DNA of 64,000 nt, from positions 32,612,001 through 32,676,000 of the forward strand of contig CM120642.1 of NCBI GenBank assembly GCA_051362555.1, in the 5' to 3' direction. Below the pieces are notes generated by a model. The model was not told where the DNA came from and did not search any database. It saw only the letters and a program-made list of their open reading frames with translations. A program made the translations under genes and the position numbers. Below, in pieces: positions 1-11,848 of this stretch. Position 1 is the first letter of the stretch, and the number at the start of each line of letters is the position of its first letter. This DNA is from Lingula anatina. Taxonomy: Eukaryota > Animalia > Brachiopoda.

Positions 1-166
1 CGTAACAATTTGAAACACCGTTTAGCAAATAACTACATGTAACTAACTTACTAACTAAATAAATAAAGAAATAAATACACATTTTTAACATTATAAATTC
101 AATTTTCAAGTAACCACAAGGAGAATTGCTTAAACTAATCAGCTGAATTTTTATCCGTTGCCACAG

Positions 167-1640
167 GTTATCGGTCGTGAGAAAGTCCCTTGCTATGAAG
201 ATCGCCACAAGATGCCGTACACAGAAGCTACAGTGCTGGAAATTATGAGACGCTCCCCTGTTGGTATGTAATGACGCTAACGTTGCTGCAAGATTTTGTG
301 TTCTTATCCGAGAAAATTCTCTTCTGATAGAAAACCTTGCGTCAATTGTGTTTCTTAGTGTCAAATAAACACATGCAGTATATCACTCGAACTATACCGA
401 GACACCTCGGACATTTTACTGTGTCGCTCTTCTCATAACACATCATCCGGGTATAAGTTTTCGAAGTAGTTCGTCTTTCATCATTAAAAAAAATTCCATG
501 TCGCCAAAATTGTTCAAAGGAGTGCTTACTTTAAAAGAGTTTAAATGTGATCAATTTTCATTTTAATCTGCTGTTATGTATGTATTTCTACAACTATTTG
601 ATGACCTACCCCAGCTATATACATAATAAATCTTGTCTCAAACATTGCATGATTATTTTTCATTTTTCAAAATTAAATGGTTTATAAAATTTCAAGTGAT
701 AAAAGCTGTCAGTGTTCTAGATTTTTGGTAAGATCATGTGGAATGTTTTTTTAGTTTTGTTTCACTAAGACGTGTTCTTTCATTAATTTTTATCCTGAAA
801 GAAAAGACGACCATCCACCACCCCACTCCCAGGAATGGATTAAAACTGCTTGGCACCCAAAGAATCAATTTTCATTCATTTTCTAAAATGTTTCAAAGTG
901 TACACGTTTTTCAAATGTTCCCATTGAGGGTTGGGGGCAGGGGGGGGGGGGGCGTGTTTTAGCTGTTGAAGTTGTTGAAGGCACGATATGTGGTTACATT
1001 CAGAATGTGGAACCCTTTTCAGCACCCAACAGCCTCGCACATGCTACAAGTGAGACTGTAGAGCTACGTGGATATACCATCCCTGCCAACACACTGGTCA
1101 TACCGGATATAGGACGAGTCCTTAAGAGCCCCAGCTACTGGGAAGATCCGTTGGAATTCAGACCGGAACGATGGCTGGACAAAACCGGGAAGGTTTTGAA
1201 GAATGACAAATATATACCGTTTTCAATCGGTACGTTTTGCTCCGTGGAATAGACAATTCTGAACAAAAACTAAACAAGAGTAATTGTATTTTGTGCGACG
1301 ATTGTATTTCAGCTTTGCAAAAACCATTAAATACTTATTGCCTATATTGTGATTCAAAGTGAAACACTCGAAAGATTAATTATCACTTTTAAACGGTTGA
1401 TTCTAATATTAGGATGCACTAATATTAAGGATGCCTATTCATTTTGCCTTCATTTTAGGGCCACGTGTGTGCCCAGGGAAAAATTTAGCAGAAATTGAAG
1501 ACTTCATTTTCTTTACTACGATGCTACAACATTTTACATTCCAAAATGTCCCCGGTCAGGAGTTACCGGATGTCACCAAAGGACCGTTTCACGTGACCTT
1601 TGAACCGTACCCTTTTCAGGTGCGCGCAGTTCGGCGATAA
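167..1640 (+). CDS. Cytochrome P450 (CYP2-clan-like), last three exons; 5' part lies outside the window
   Basis: Exons 167-263 (VIGREKVPCYEDRHKMPYTEATVLEIMRR, K-helix ExxR), 1023-1229 (PERF-like motif FRPERW; ends IPFSIG) and 1459-1640 (PRVCPG...stop). GT-AG introns with consistent phase 1. The spliced heme motif FSIGPRVCPG fits FxxGxRxCxG. Confidence 0.95.
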
Positions 1641-3797
1641 GATTGTATAGGAGGTACAACCGGAGTCATCCGCAGGACTGGGGGCCGTATCTGGTCCCGT
1701 GGCACTGTAACTTTCAGTTGAGATAATTAATTAAGAAGAGACGAAAAGTTTGGCCAAAATTCATCTAATGTAGACCTCCTAATTTGGCCTGTTTATTAAA
1801 AGCAATGTTTAAAGAACGAAACGTCTTAATAACTATCTGGAACTAAACCAGATACCGTCAACTTGTACATGTATCTACATTATTTGCTTGCGGAAATAAC
1901 TTTTAAATTAAAGTTCCTTTCTCTAGATCGGAGGATCAACAAATGGACGTTTGAGTCGATCATTTTAATTGATCATTGACTTATAAAAGAATAGTCTATG
2001 GCACTTTACTAACTCACCAGAGGGATCTGGCAACGGTGCACATTGTTGATATAAATACTGTTCATTATACATGGAGGTGACACCGTAAAACTTATCAATA
2101 GTTACTTTTCAATTTAGTTTATATTGTATGAGGCACAATTCCCTAGCGCAATGACTAAACCTTGTAAAAGCTTTACAAGTGCACGGATGGGTAAATTCTC
2201 AAAGAATCTCTTAATGAAATTTTATCAATTTCACTTAGCTGTAGAATACTGCTGTGATTTGTAGGAAAATAATAAGAAAATATTTTATAATCAAAGAAAG
2301 AGAGGGAAAAAGTACAGGCCTGAAGTACAATTATTAAGGTTTCAAATCTGAACACTCGTAACATTATTTATACTCTGTTTGTTTAATCTCTCGAATGTAC
2401 ATGTAGGCCTAGCACTAACACCGCATCCCTAGAGGCATTGTCGGGGAATGATCAAAACGGCCCTAGTCTGGAGGTGAGGGAGAAAAAAAAAAGATTTTTC
2501 AGTACCCTACTGGCTTGGTAAAACATGCACGCTATTTTTTAACCATCATCTGCTTCATATTTCACATACACATAACTTGACCTTGCGAGGCATTTTTCTT
2601 CCATTCTTAATGAAAATTATCACAATTGTCCACCAACTTCCGGGATAGTATTGCAATTTGGACCGATAGAAAGGAGGGACTGATTTTGTCTTGTCACCGT
2701 CGTACAGCATATAATCTGCAAATTGCAAAAAATCCCCGCTTTCTTAACGGATTCTTTGTACCCTTTTCTTTTAGATAAAGACGCATGCAAGGAATAAAGT
2801 AGTGAGTTTTCTTCAATAAAAGGATGGTAATGGAATTATGTGCCTCCATTTGGGTGTCTATCTACACGGTAGTTTCTACAGAGTCAAACAATTTCAATAT
2901 CAGCTGTTGAAGAAAACCACTACTTTTATTCCCAAAACATAACACACTCTTTTCTGAGTCGCTTGCAACAATTTTATACTTTTAACTTACTTTTGAATGG
3001 GAACAATGTAGACGTTTGCGGTGTCGAATCCCTTCATTAAATCAATGACCTACACAGAGTGACGTAGGTCACAGATACGTGTAGGCCGATACTATATAAA
3101 TCATTGTGTTACATGATCCCGGATATCCTGCTGAATTCAGAGCTATACGTGTCTCTAGAGAGTGACTGGAGTCCTGTGCTACTGGCGCCTCTGCGAACGC
3201 ACAAAAAGTGAGCATCCCCAAACATACTGGTCTGGAAACTGAACAGGTAAGTGAGATCGACATTAGTTGTTCATAGTCATGCACTTACAGGTTTTCATCT
3301 GGTGTTAAGAGAAAAACGTCAATCTAAATCGAATCTGTTGTCATACCATATGGTTTTTAGGTTAAAAACAGACAAGGAGAAATACCTGTCGGAGGCACTA
3401 AGATATATATTTTCTGATCGATGCCTTGTTAAAAAGCAAACCAACTCACTATAGACAATCTTGGCATAGGGTGAAGCGAATCTTACAGAAAGTTAAGAGT
3501 GACAAATTAAAGATAATCTAAATTATCTTTTATTCTGTAGCTCCTACAGATTGTTGAGGTTTAACGCCCAATCTACACGCACTGAGGCACATACAGTGTA
3601 TAAATAAACCAAGTACTTATTTTTACCCACCCCCACTCTTTATATCTTGGTTTCAAGAAAAGTTTAAAACTAATTTAGTAATCCAAATTCTAGCCATTGT
3701 GATTATTACAAGACTGATGCGACCTACAGTATGACAAAACCGTCGTTGAAAAGACGTAAGTGTCTTTATTAGAAGTTCTTGTTAAATGCAGGACAAA

Positions 3798-4652
3798 ATG
3801 AAGAAAATAGGATTTGTGGTGATGGTGATGTGGATCTGGGTAGCGGCGGATGTTTCCTGCCAAACCTCTGATGTCAACTACTGTAACATCTGCCAAGACA
3901 ACAACCAACTGAAGGCAGCGGTTACTGAGATAAAAGAAATGTTGCAGACACAGGATCCGAAGTTTTCTGTGTTGGTGGAAATAATCCAGAACCAGAGCCG
4001 CATTCTGTCACAGCAGCTGGAGGCCATCGAGGCGCAAAAGCAACAGCTAGAGAGGTTAAAGAGAGATCCAACATTTTGTGCCAAAGGTAAAATACCTGGG
4101 CTCACAAAGTATAAATACGGGATTACAGGAAAAACCACATAATCTGTATATTGTTGTTTCTTTTCATTTGTACTTGGGACAAGATTCCGGTATATAAATA
4201 TACATTATACATAGTAGTAAATGCATGTACATGTAGTATGCCTACAGTACTTGAAGGTAGGTATAACCGTTAAAACAGTGAAAACAATGATTATGATAAG
4301 TAATGATGACATCACGTTATTGCATTAAAATATTTTTGTTGCAGCTGGCGTTTTCCATGTTAAGTCGCCGGATGGACACTATAAGCTTACGTTTGCAGAA
4401 GCAATGGAAATGTGTTCCAAATATGGGGCTTCTATTGCAACGCATGCGCAGTTATTAGCTGCATGGGGTCAAGGTCTTGATGTCTGCGCATGCGGCTGGT
4501 TAGCTGATGGCACCATGGGCTATCCGCTATGGAAACCAAGGCGTGGATGTTCCTCGTCTACTGGTATCGTGGCCAGAGACGACTTGACCTGCAAAAGACA
4601 TGTGGACCAAAATGCACAAGGGAAAGCAGACGTTTACTGTTTCAAGCAATAG
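3798..4652 (+). CDS. Secreted protein: signal peptide, CxxC, coiled coil, C-terminal Link (Xlink) domain, ~198 aa
   Basis: Exon 1 3798-4086 (alternative ATG at 3786) has a hydrophobic signal MKKIGFVVMVMWIWVAA and a Q/L/E-rich heptad stretch. Exon 2 4345-4652 reads GVFHVKSPDGHYKLTFAEAMEMC...IATHAQLLAAWGQGLDVCACGWLADGTMGYP...ADVYCF, matching the TSG-6/CD44-type Link consensus. Phase-1 GT-AG intron; spliced length 597 nt. Confidence 0.9.
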
Positions 4653-5632
4653 TGATTCTAACAGTAACATTTTAAAGCCTCGAGATGACTTTGGTCACAA
4701 TAATTGCTGCAAAAGTAGTGTAATGACATAATGGAAAGAGTAAGCTTTGCATTAATCTGTAGAGAAAGACATCCTACCGGAACATGTAGGAATTTAAAAG
4801 TAGGCCTAATGATCTATTTTCTGTTCTTCATCCACTATAGCTACATGTACATGTACACCGCCACAAGCATAATACTAAATATACACCGATATTTAAATAT
4901 TCGTACAGTTATCATGGCGCCTGTGGTTAAACACAATAAAATAACACCTGCATTCAACATGCACGGCATAGGAATCAAATATTTAATGCGCGCGTGCAGA
5001 AAGAGCACTTTTTGAAATAAACACAATGGCGAAGTTGACAAAGCTTGTGTTTACCGTCTGGTTGATTTTATTTTATTTGCCTTCTGGTGTCGTGTAAAAA
5101 GTATATGGAATGTTTTGTTTATTGTGTGTGTAATAAAAGTTAAATCCATAGGACTGTTAAGAATTATACATTTATTTTTATATTGTCAGTGATATTAAAA
5201 GGGGATTCCTTATGTATTTATGATAGTGTTATACATATCACCTCAAGGAAACCCTTCCCTTTACCGGACTCTGAAAGATGAATTACTCCAAAATGCAAAA
5301 CGATCTTTTTTGAAAGATACGTTGAACGTCGAAGAAAAGTTCAAAAGCCCGTAGCAGACGTTTCTTTTCCAATTACATGTTCTCCCCATGAAAGCGTGTT
5401 CACAATTTAAAGGGGGTATCTTAATTCACGTCTTGTGTAAGCCCCATGAACCGTCACGCATCAGTGTTGGTATTTTCATTTCAAGAGCCCATAACTGAAA
5501 ATGGGTCAAATAAGATCCCCATCAAATGGAAAGTAGGACATCTCTTTCTCGACCGCGATTAGTACTCGGGCTGGGTATTTTCTCTGTAAATCCGCTCAGT
5601 AGGTAGGCCTATAAGTTCATGAAGCTCACAGC

Positions 5633-7862
5633 ATGTTCGTCAAGCAGGAAAATCTGACGATTGTGTCTTTTGAAATAATGTATGCCGTATTTTTGATATG
5701 GGCAGTTAAGGCAGACAAGACCACCGATTCCTTAAACAGGTGCATGGAATTGTTGCCAGGCTTTAGCAAACCAAGCCCTTCTCCCGACACGCATTTAGAG
5801 GTAGGTACGAACTGATTCCCATTGCTTTATAACTTCCCCGTGCATTATTTATATATGCATGTTGATTCAATGTAAATACCGTATCTTTGGACGCGATATG
5901 TGCGCATACCATGTTTACTCTAGTGAGTGGCTTCGAAATAGTGTGTACGACATGTAGTATTATTAAATGTAATTCAATATATGAAGCAAATTAACAAACA
6001 CAAGCGATACAGTCGGAATCAACGATCAGGTCGTGCTGGGGTATATGCATACAGTTGGATTCAATGATTAAAATTGAAGACGTGGCGGGGTATATACATT
6101 CCCGTAACTCACTGTTAAAACACTTTTAACTGCCTACATGTACTCGTTAACTCTTCATGGCTAGAGGGTCTACTCGCATACATGTATCATGGCTAAATGT
6201 CTGGCATTGAGCTACTTGCAGCTATATATATATTTTCTAATTTTAGTGTACTCGCTATCGAGACCGCAGCTGCTGCAAACCGGGGATCACGAATACATTT
6301 GAAGAGAACGAAAACTTTCAAAACATCACCATCTACAATATCTGTCCCCAGAAATCGTCCCTGTCCTCTGCCTGTCACAGGGAGTTCTTTGACGAACTTT
6401 GTTTTTTCCTCTGTTCCCCAAATATAGGACCTTGGATTACTGAAGCTGTAAGTATACGTGTATATGGATCTATATATTATACTCTAATTTGAAATGCAGA
6501 GCAAATGGCTTTCTGTTTTCGTACTGCACTTCTCTTTCCCTCCTTTATTTAATGTATGTTGTGGTTAGACTGCATTAAGACACAATGCATGGTGTTTCAC
6601 ACAGTGCCAACATGTACCGGTATTATGGTACAGTAAACAGGTCGGAGGACCAATTAAATTTTTTTGCTGTGTGTTACAAAAAGAAGTCTTGTTGTCTCCG
6701 CATGGTTTGCCATGATGATTATTTGCGTCTAGCATTTGATACCAGGGGCCTCAAAATATAAAATTAAATCTTTTTAAAGGCGATACAATAATTTTGTACA
6801 TCGATGTATCAGACTGCTAGGGCTCCCAGTGATGAGAGAGTAACCTGCGTCTTGATTTTGTATTCTAAACCTCTGACCCTCAAAGTAATACAGGCAATTG
6901 AAATGTAAGCTATCATTGTCCTTTTTAGTATATAGAAAAGTGTCGTTTTTTTATCGAATTACCAAAGAATAGACGCTATTTAAAAATAAAACTTTCAGAC
7001 CCATGATGCCGCACCTGAGAAGGAGAGGTTTAAGGATGTCCCACTGTGTGCCAGTGAATGCAATCGTTGGTGGGACGCGTGCAAACACGAGTTTACTTGC
7101 TATGTTAACTGGTATAACGACATTGTGCGTGACGTAAACGGTGAGTGCTCTACATTGTAGTATAGAGACTATTATATCGCATCTTACACACTGCAACGAG
7201 GCTATTTTATCACATCTAACGCACTGCATGTTCTTATAAGCCCAATGACGACCGTTTAATCAAGATATGCCATATATATAATAACGTTTGTTGATATGTA
7301 TAGCAGTGTACATACAGGATTAGAATTGGGTGTTTTCTATTGCTCATGGTATGACAACATTTGCAGTTTATATATAATTGTCCGATGACGTTTGATTGCC
7401 TAGAAAATTTATATTGAAAATCGACCAGTAAAAGTGTGACTTCTCCACGTCTTTTTGCGGTTTAATGTGGAACAAAATAAGTTACTTTGGTTTTATCATA
7501 CATTGTTTTTGCAAATAAATGAAACTGATAAAAATAACGTAAGTGTATCGCAATGTTCAAAATACTGTTATGCCATTTCAACAGGTTTGAATATCTGTGG
7601 ACCAGGACAGCAATGCAGGCGGTATGATGCCATATACAACTCGTCCACCAACTTCTGCGAAACAATTTGGGATTTTTCCTTCAAGGTCACGCCAGATGAC
7701 CAGCCGTGCATGAAGTTTGGATTTGATGTGAATAAACCGAATCCTAACATAGATGTTGCGCGAAGAAAAGTTGGAGTTATTTCCGCATGTCCGCCTTTTT
7801 CATCAGTGTTGTACTTTCTCCATTTTGTCTGCGTTGTCATTTGTATTTTGACTATGTGGTGA
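5633..7862 (+). CDS. Folate receptor / riboflavin-binding protein family member, probably GPI-anchored, ~262 aa
   Basis: Exons 5633-5800, 6247-6447 (CTRYRDRSCC...CFFLCSPNIGPWI), 6999-7140 (KERFKDVPLCASECNRWWDACKHEFTCYVNW) and 7585-7862 (FCETIWDFSF...CMKFGFD.NKPNPNIDVARR plus a hydrophobic tail). Cys spacing follows FOLR1. All junctions are GT-AG and in frame (789 nt). The ORF track misses exons 2 and 3 in this frame. Confidence 0.9.
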
Positions 7863-9647
7863 AGTGTGAAGACTACCTCTCATACGTTTTCTTTAAAATA
7901 AACCACACAATACTGATTGTTTTGCGTCCATTTACTGTGAATAGTGCAGTGATTATACAGTATAATGAGATTTTTACTGGTAAGTTCAGTTTAATCAAAT
8001 AACAGGCATAGTGTTATTTCAATGAAAAAAAAAAAAACACTTGCAACTGAAGACTGGAGATTAATGTCCTTGAATATGCCTCATTCGTAAGCAGGCATGT
8101 GTTTTTAATCACCTTTCCGAGCACTTGACCGGCATACTGCATTACGATCTAGGTATTGAATTACTTGTAGGAGCAATGATTGCGCCGACAGTACTAGAAG
8201 CACAGCTAACACAATCTCAGTCTCTCCACCTATGATTTACATAAGTGAGAAGTAGTCCACTTGACCTACTAGCCTTTTCCGTGCTGAATTTGGCAGACGT
8301 TTGAAAGTAGTGAGACAGGCAGAACCTTAGCTAAGGAGACCTTAGAAGATAGCTAAAAAGTAAGCATATGGTATTTATGTTATTGTTTAAAAGTAATGTT
8401 ATTCACACTAAATGACTACATTATAAGTGTATGGTTATAGAGAGTGTACTGTATTTGCTACTAGTAAGTGTTTGGTTTCAGAATAGTGTTACAATAGTGT
8501 TAGCAATATCATATGTAAGGGAAAGGGAAACGTGGCTTAGTGGCCATTCAGAATGAGAAGAACAGAGTGCTAAAACTGCTAAATCCTGTAATGGTCTCTC
8601 CACCTCTCACACGCCTCCCCACGCGTCGTCCCTCGAGCGACGGTCAAAATGAGACGAGATTTAAATACTGTGCCACAAGCTGTCAAATTTATGAAATGAC
8701 ATATTTGTAGCTTTAATTAATTTTGTTCTTGAGGAATTGACTGCCTTTTTTAAAATGAAAAGTGTTTGGAAACTGTATAATAACATGTAAATTTGGTTTG
8801 ATTAGATTGTTTTATGAGATGTTTATTATTTATTTATTACTGTTATTTGTTCTCCTTTTACAGTAGTTTCACGGTTGTTTGTTGATTCAAGAAAGAATAA
8901 GAATAAGAATACAGTACAACGCGTCATTGCTCCCTCTAGTTACCTGTCTGTGTACATTATGTGAGCATTGATATTTACACAGAGCACAATTACAGTAGGA
9001 CTTGTTTTTGTACTTATTTTCATATGAATTGGACAAATTCAGTAAGTTCCTACAGTGGCCAAACCAAATTTGTGAAGTCAGAATGTCGGTATTAGATTAT
9101 CGTGATACAACTGTCAGTTAAGAGCTTAAAGGGTACACTCAATAAAAATATAAGTGATTCTGATAAATGTATTACTATGTACAAAGGATATAAAAGCCTT
9201 GCCGATTGTGAGTCATTACGTAGAAATATATTGTCAACCTGCCCCACACTCATAGTGATAGTGCATAATTAGAATATTTTACATTAAATTGCACATTTTA
9301 CCTCTACTGTACCGTATTATTTGTATATTTTCCTCTCTGTAATTAATTTTTTTGTACATAAACACCTCTACCCTCTATCATATACATTTGCATAACGTTA
9401 GAAAAATGCATATACCATAGCCGAGTATATTTATATGTCGTGTAAACAGTGGTCTTCCATCCGTTCCCGTAAACATGCCTGGACTAGCACTGTGTTCGTA
9501 TTCCCAATAATTTATAATAGTTTAAATTTATGTTGTCATTACGTCCCAATATCAATTAAATTGTGATAACTAGACAAAGCCGGATGGATACACAATATTC
9601 AAAGACAAAGAAGGAAGCAAGCATCTGGTGAACTGCCCATCTGGGCC

Positions 9648-11809
9648 TTATCCCAGGCAAACCAGAGGTCCTATAGTGTGAAAGCCTTGTTCCTGTCCTT
9701 CACCGGCGTCCCCAAACTTTACCATAGACACTGGCAGATAATCCGATTGAGTGATGTAACCTTCGTCTGTTCGCCAAACGAAGTCATTTGAGTCGCAGTT
9801 GCAATCTACAATTTAATATATGAACAGTAGATGTGTAATTACAATTCAGTGATAACAAAACGTTTTTTTAAATGTTCCAAATGTTTCGCATTATTTATTT
9901 CTTCATTTCATCTATAAAATGATATAAAATAACGAACTCGAAGATTACTGAAATGTGCACATAAATTACAGGCCAGTTCCTTATTTACGAGGGGATGTTT
10001 TAATTTATAACCTTGGTGCCATCAAAACTTACAATTGTTGGCGCTTGCACAGGATCCGTCTTTTGCGCATGCGCAATTGCCTGTGGTGCCAACTGGATCC
10101 CCGCCGGCCCAGAATGTTGACTGCTGTCCGTGCCGATCGTACCAGGCGGCAAATATAGCACCGGCATGATTTTGTAAACTTGAGCCGTAGCATTCATATT
10201 TGATGTATTGGGTACAGTTGAAGCCGACGATATCCACATAAGCTGCTATTTGATCTGTAGTTACTGAAACATGCATACAACGTACAACACTGCAGCATAT
10301 AGATCTGAGCCCTGCGACTCGAAAGCATCGCGCATTGCGACCGCGCGCAAGCGTCTCGATTCCATAACTTGCCCATACTCGCCCCATATAATACATTGTA
10401 GCCTGTATTTGATATCGCTATTCGCAATACGCGATGCTTTCGAGGTACGGGGCTCAGGGCTCCGTAACTCGAAAGCATCGCGAATTGCGAATCACCTTTC
10501 ATTTCGAGGCTATTATGGCCCTGTATGAGGCGAGTAAATCCCGAGTTATGGAATAGAGACGCAATGCGCGATGCTTTCGAGTTACGGAGCCCTGCACTTC
10601 AATGAGCGATAGATTCTGGTAATTGAATAACAGTTATGTTGTGGAGATACTGGTAGAGTTATACATACCTATCTATGATTATAATACTTTTTGCATGTGT
10701 ATATGTTTATATTTTAATAGAGCAGATCGGTAATACTTGGTTTAAACAGACAAAGACATGGTTTTTCATGTCATAAACGCAACTACTAGTAAGTTCAACT
10801 CGGGGGGAAATTGCTGCTTTTTGAAATATCAATTCATTAATTCCAAAGCAACACTTACAGTTATACGACAAATCTACCGAATAAGACAAAGCCGCGTCAT
10901 AGCCCATCACGTGCGTTCTGTCTTCATTATCATGGTGAAAGGTCACAGTGGGTGGTATAGTTGACATGTCACAATACACCTCGAAAGCGGCTACACCTCC
11001 ACCGCCATCTGGGTCAACCCAATAGAGGCCGCTAGTGCCGTTAAACCTTTTCCATTCCGTGCAAGAGGGCAAAGCTAATGAAACATAACAGGAATATTCC
11101 ATATATCAGTATTCCAAACCAAGTATAAATTTGTGTTGGGATATTATTTTTATAATATTACAATGAAAATATTGGTTTCGTAATAAAGACCGTCTGAATG
11201 ACCTAAAATCATGATCAATTTTTTCATACCTTCACCAGATGATCCCACAAAACGGTTTTAATTGCCACTGTTTTCAATAGTGACCATTACCTAACAAGCA
11301 CACATAAACCCACTTCAACTTAGAAAAAGATAAAGAATTATAGATTGAATTGTCACATGAATAATACAAATTTAACCATGCAATATGGGGTGTCTTTCTT
11401 TTAAATGGCAAGAAATACGACGAATAAGATCAGTGAATTACGTAATGACAGACAATGAGAGAAAATGTTATAATGAAAAAATAAATGCAATCTCACCAGG
11501 TTGACATTCCAATGGCCCAATGGTATAATAGCCATATTCACCGGCGTGTCCCGTGTCACCGTTGTAGAAAGCTTCAATTGGGAGCAAGGACTTGTCTGTG
11601 AAATATCCCTCATCTTCTCTTAACACATAGTCGTTCTTGTTGCAGTTGCAGTCACTTCTGCCGTCTGAATTAGATCAGTGACTGTGTTAAATTCTCAGTT
11701 TACTTTCGATCGTTGTGTTAACTGGACAGAGTTTTGGGAAATGCAATTTTAACCGACCTCAAAAAGTTTGAACGATCGACGGATGCAATAAATGGAAATA
11801 ATAAAATAC

Positions 11810-11848
<39 letters not shown>

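Noticed and set aside
6428-6447. Apparent 20-nt microexon (AG...GTAAGT) in the folate-receptor gene
   Set aside because: It is the 3' end of the 201-nt exon 6247-6447, which reads through in frame.
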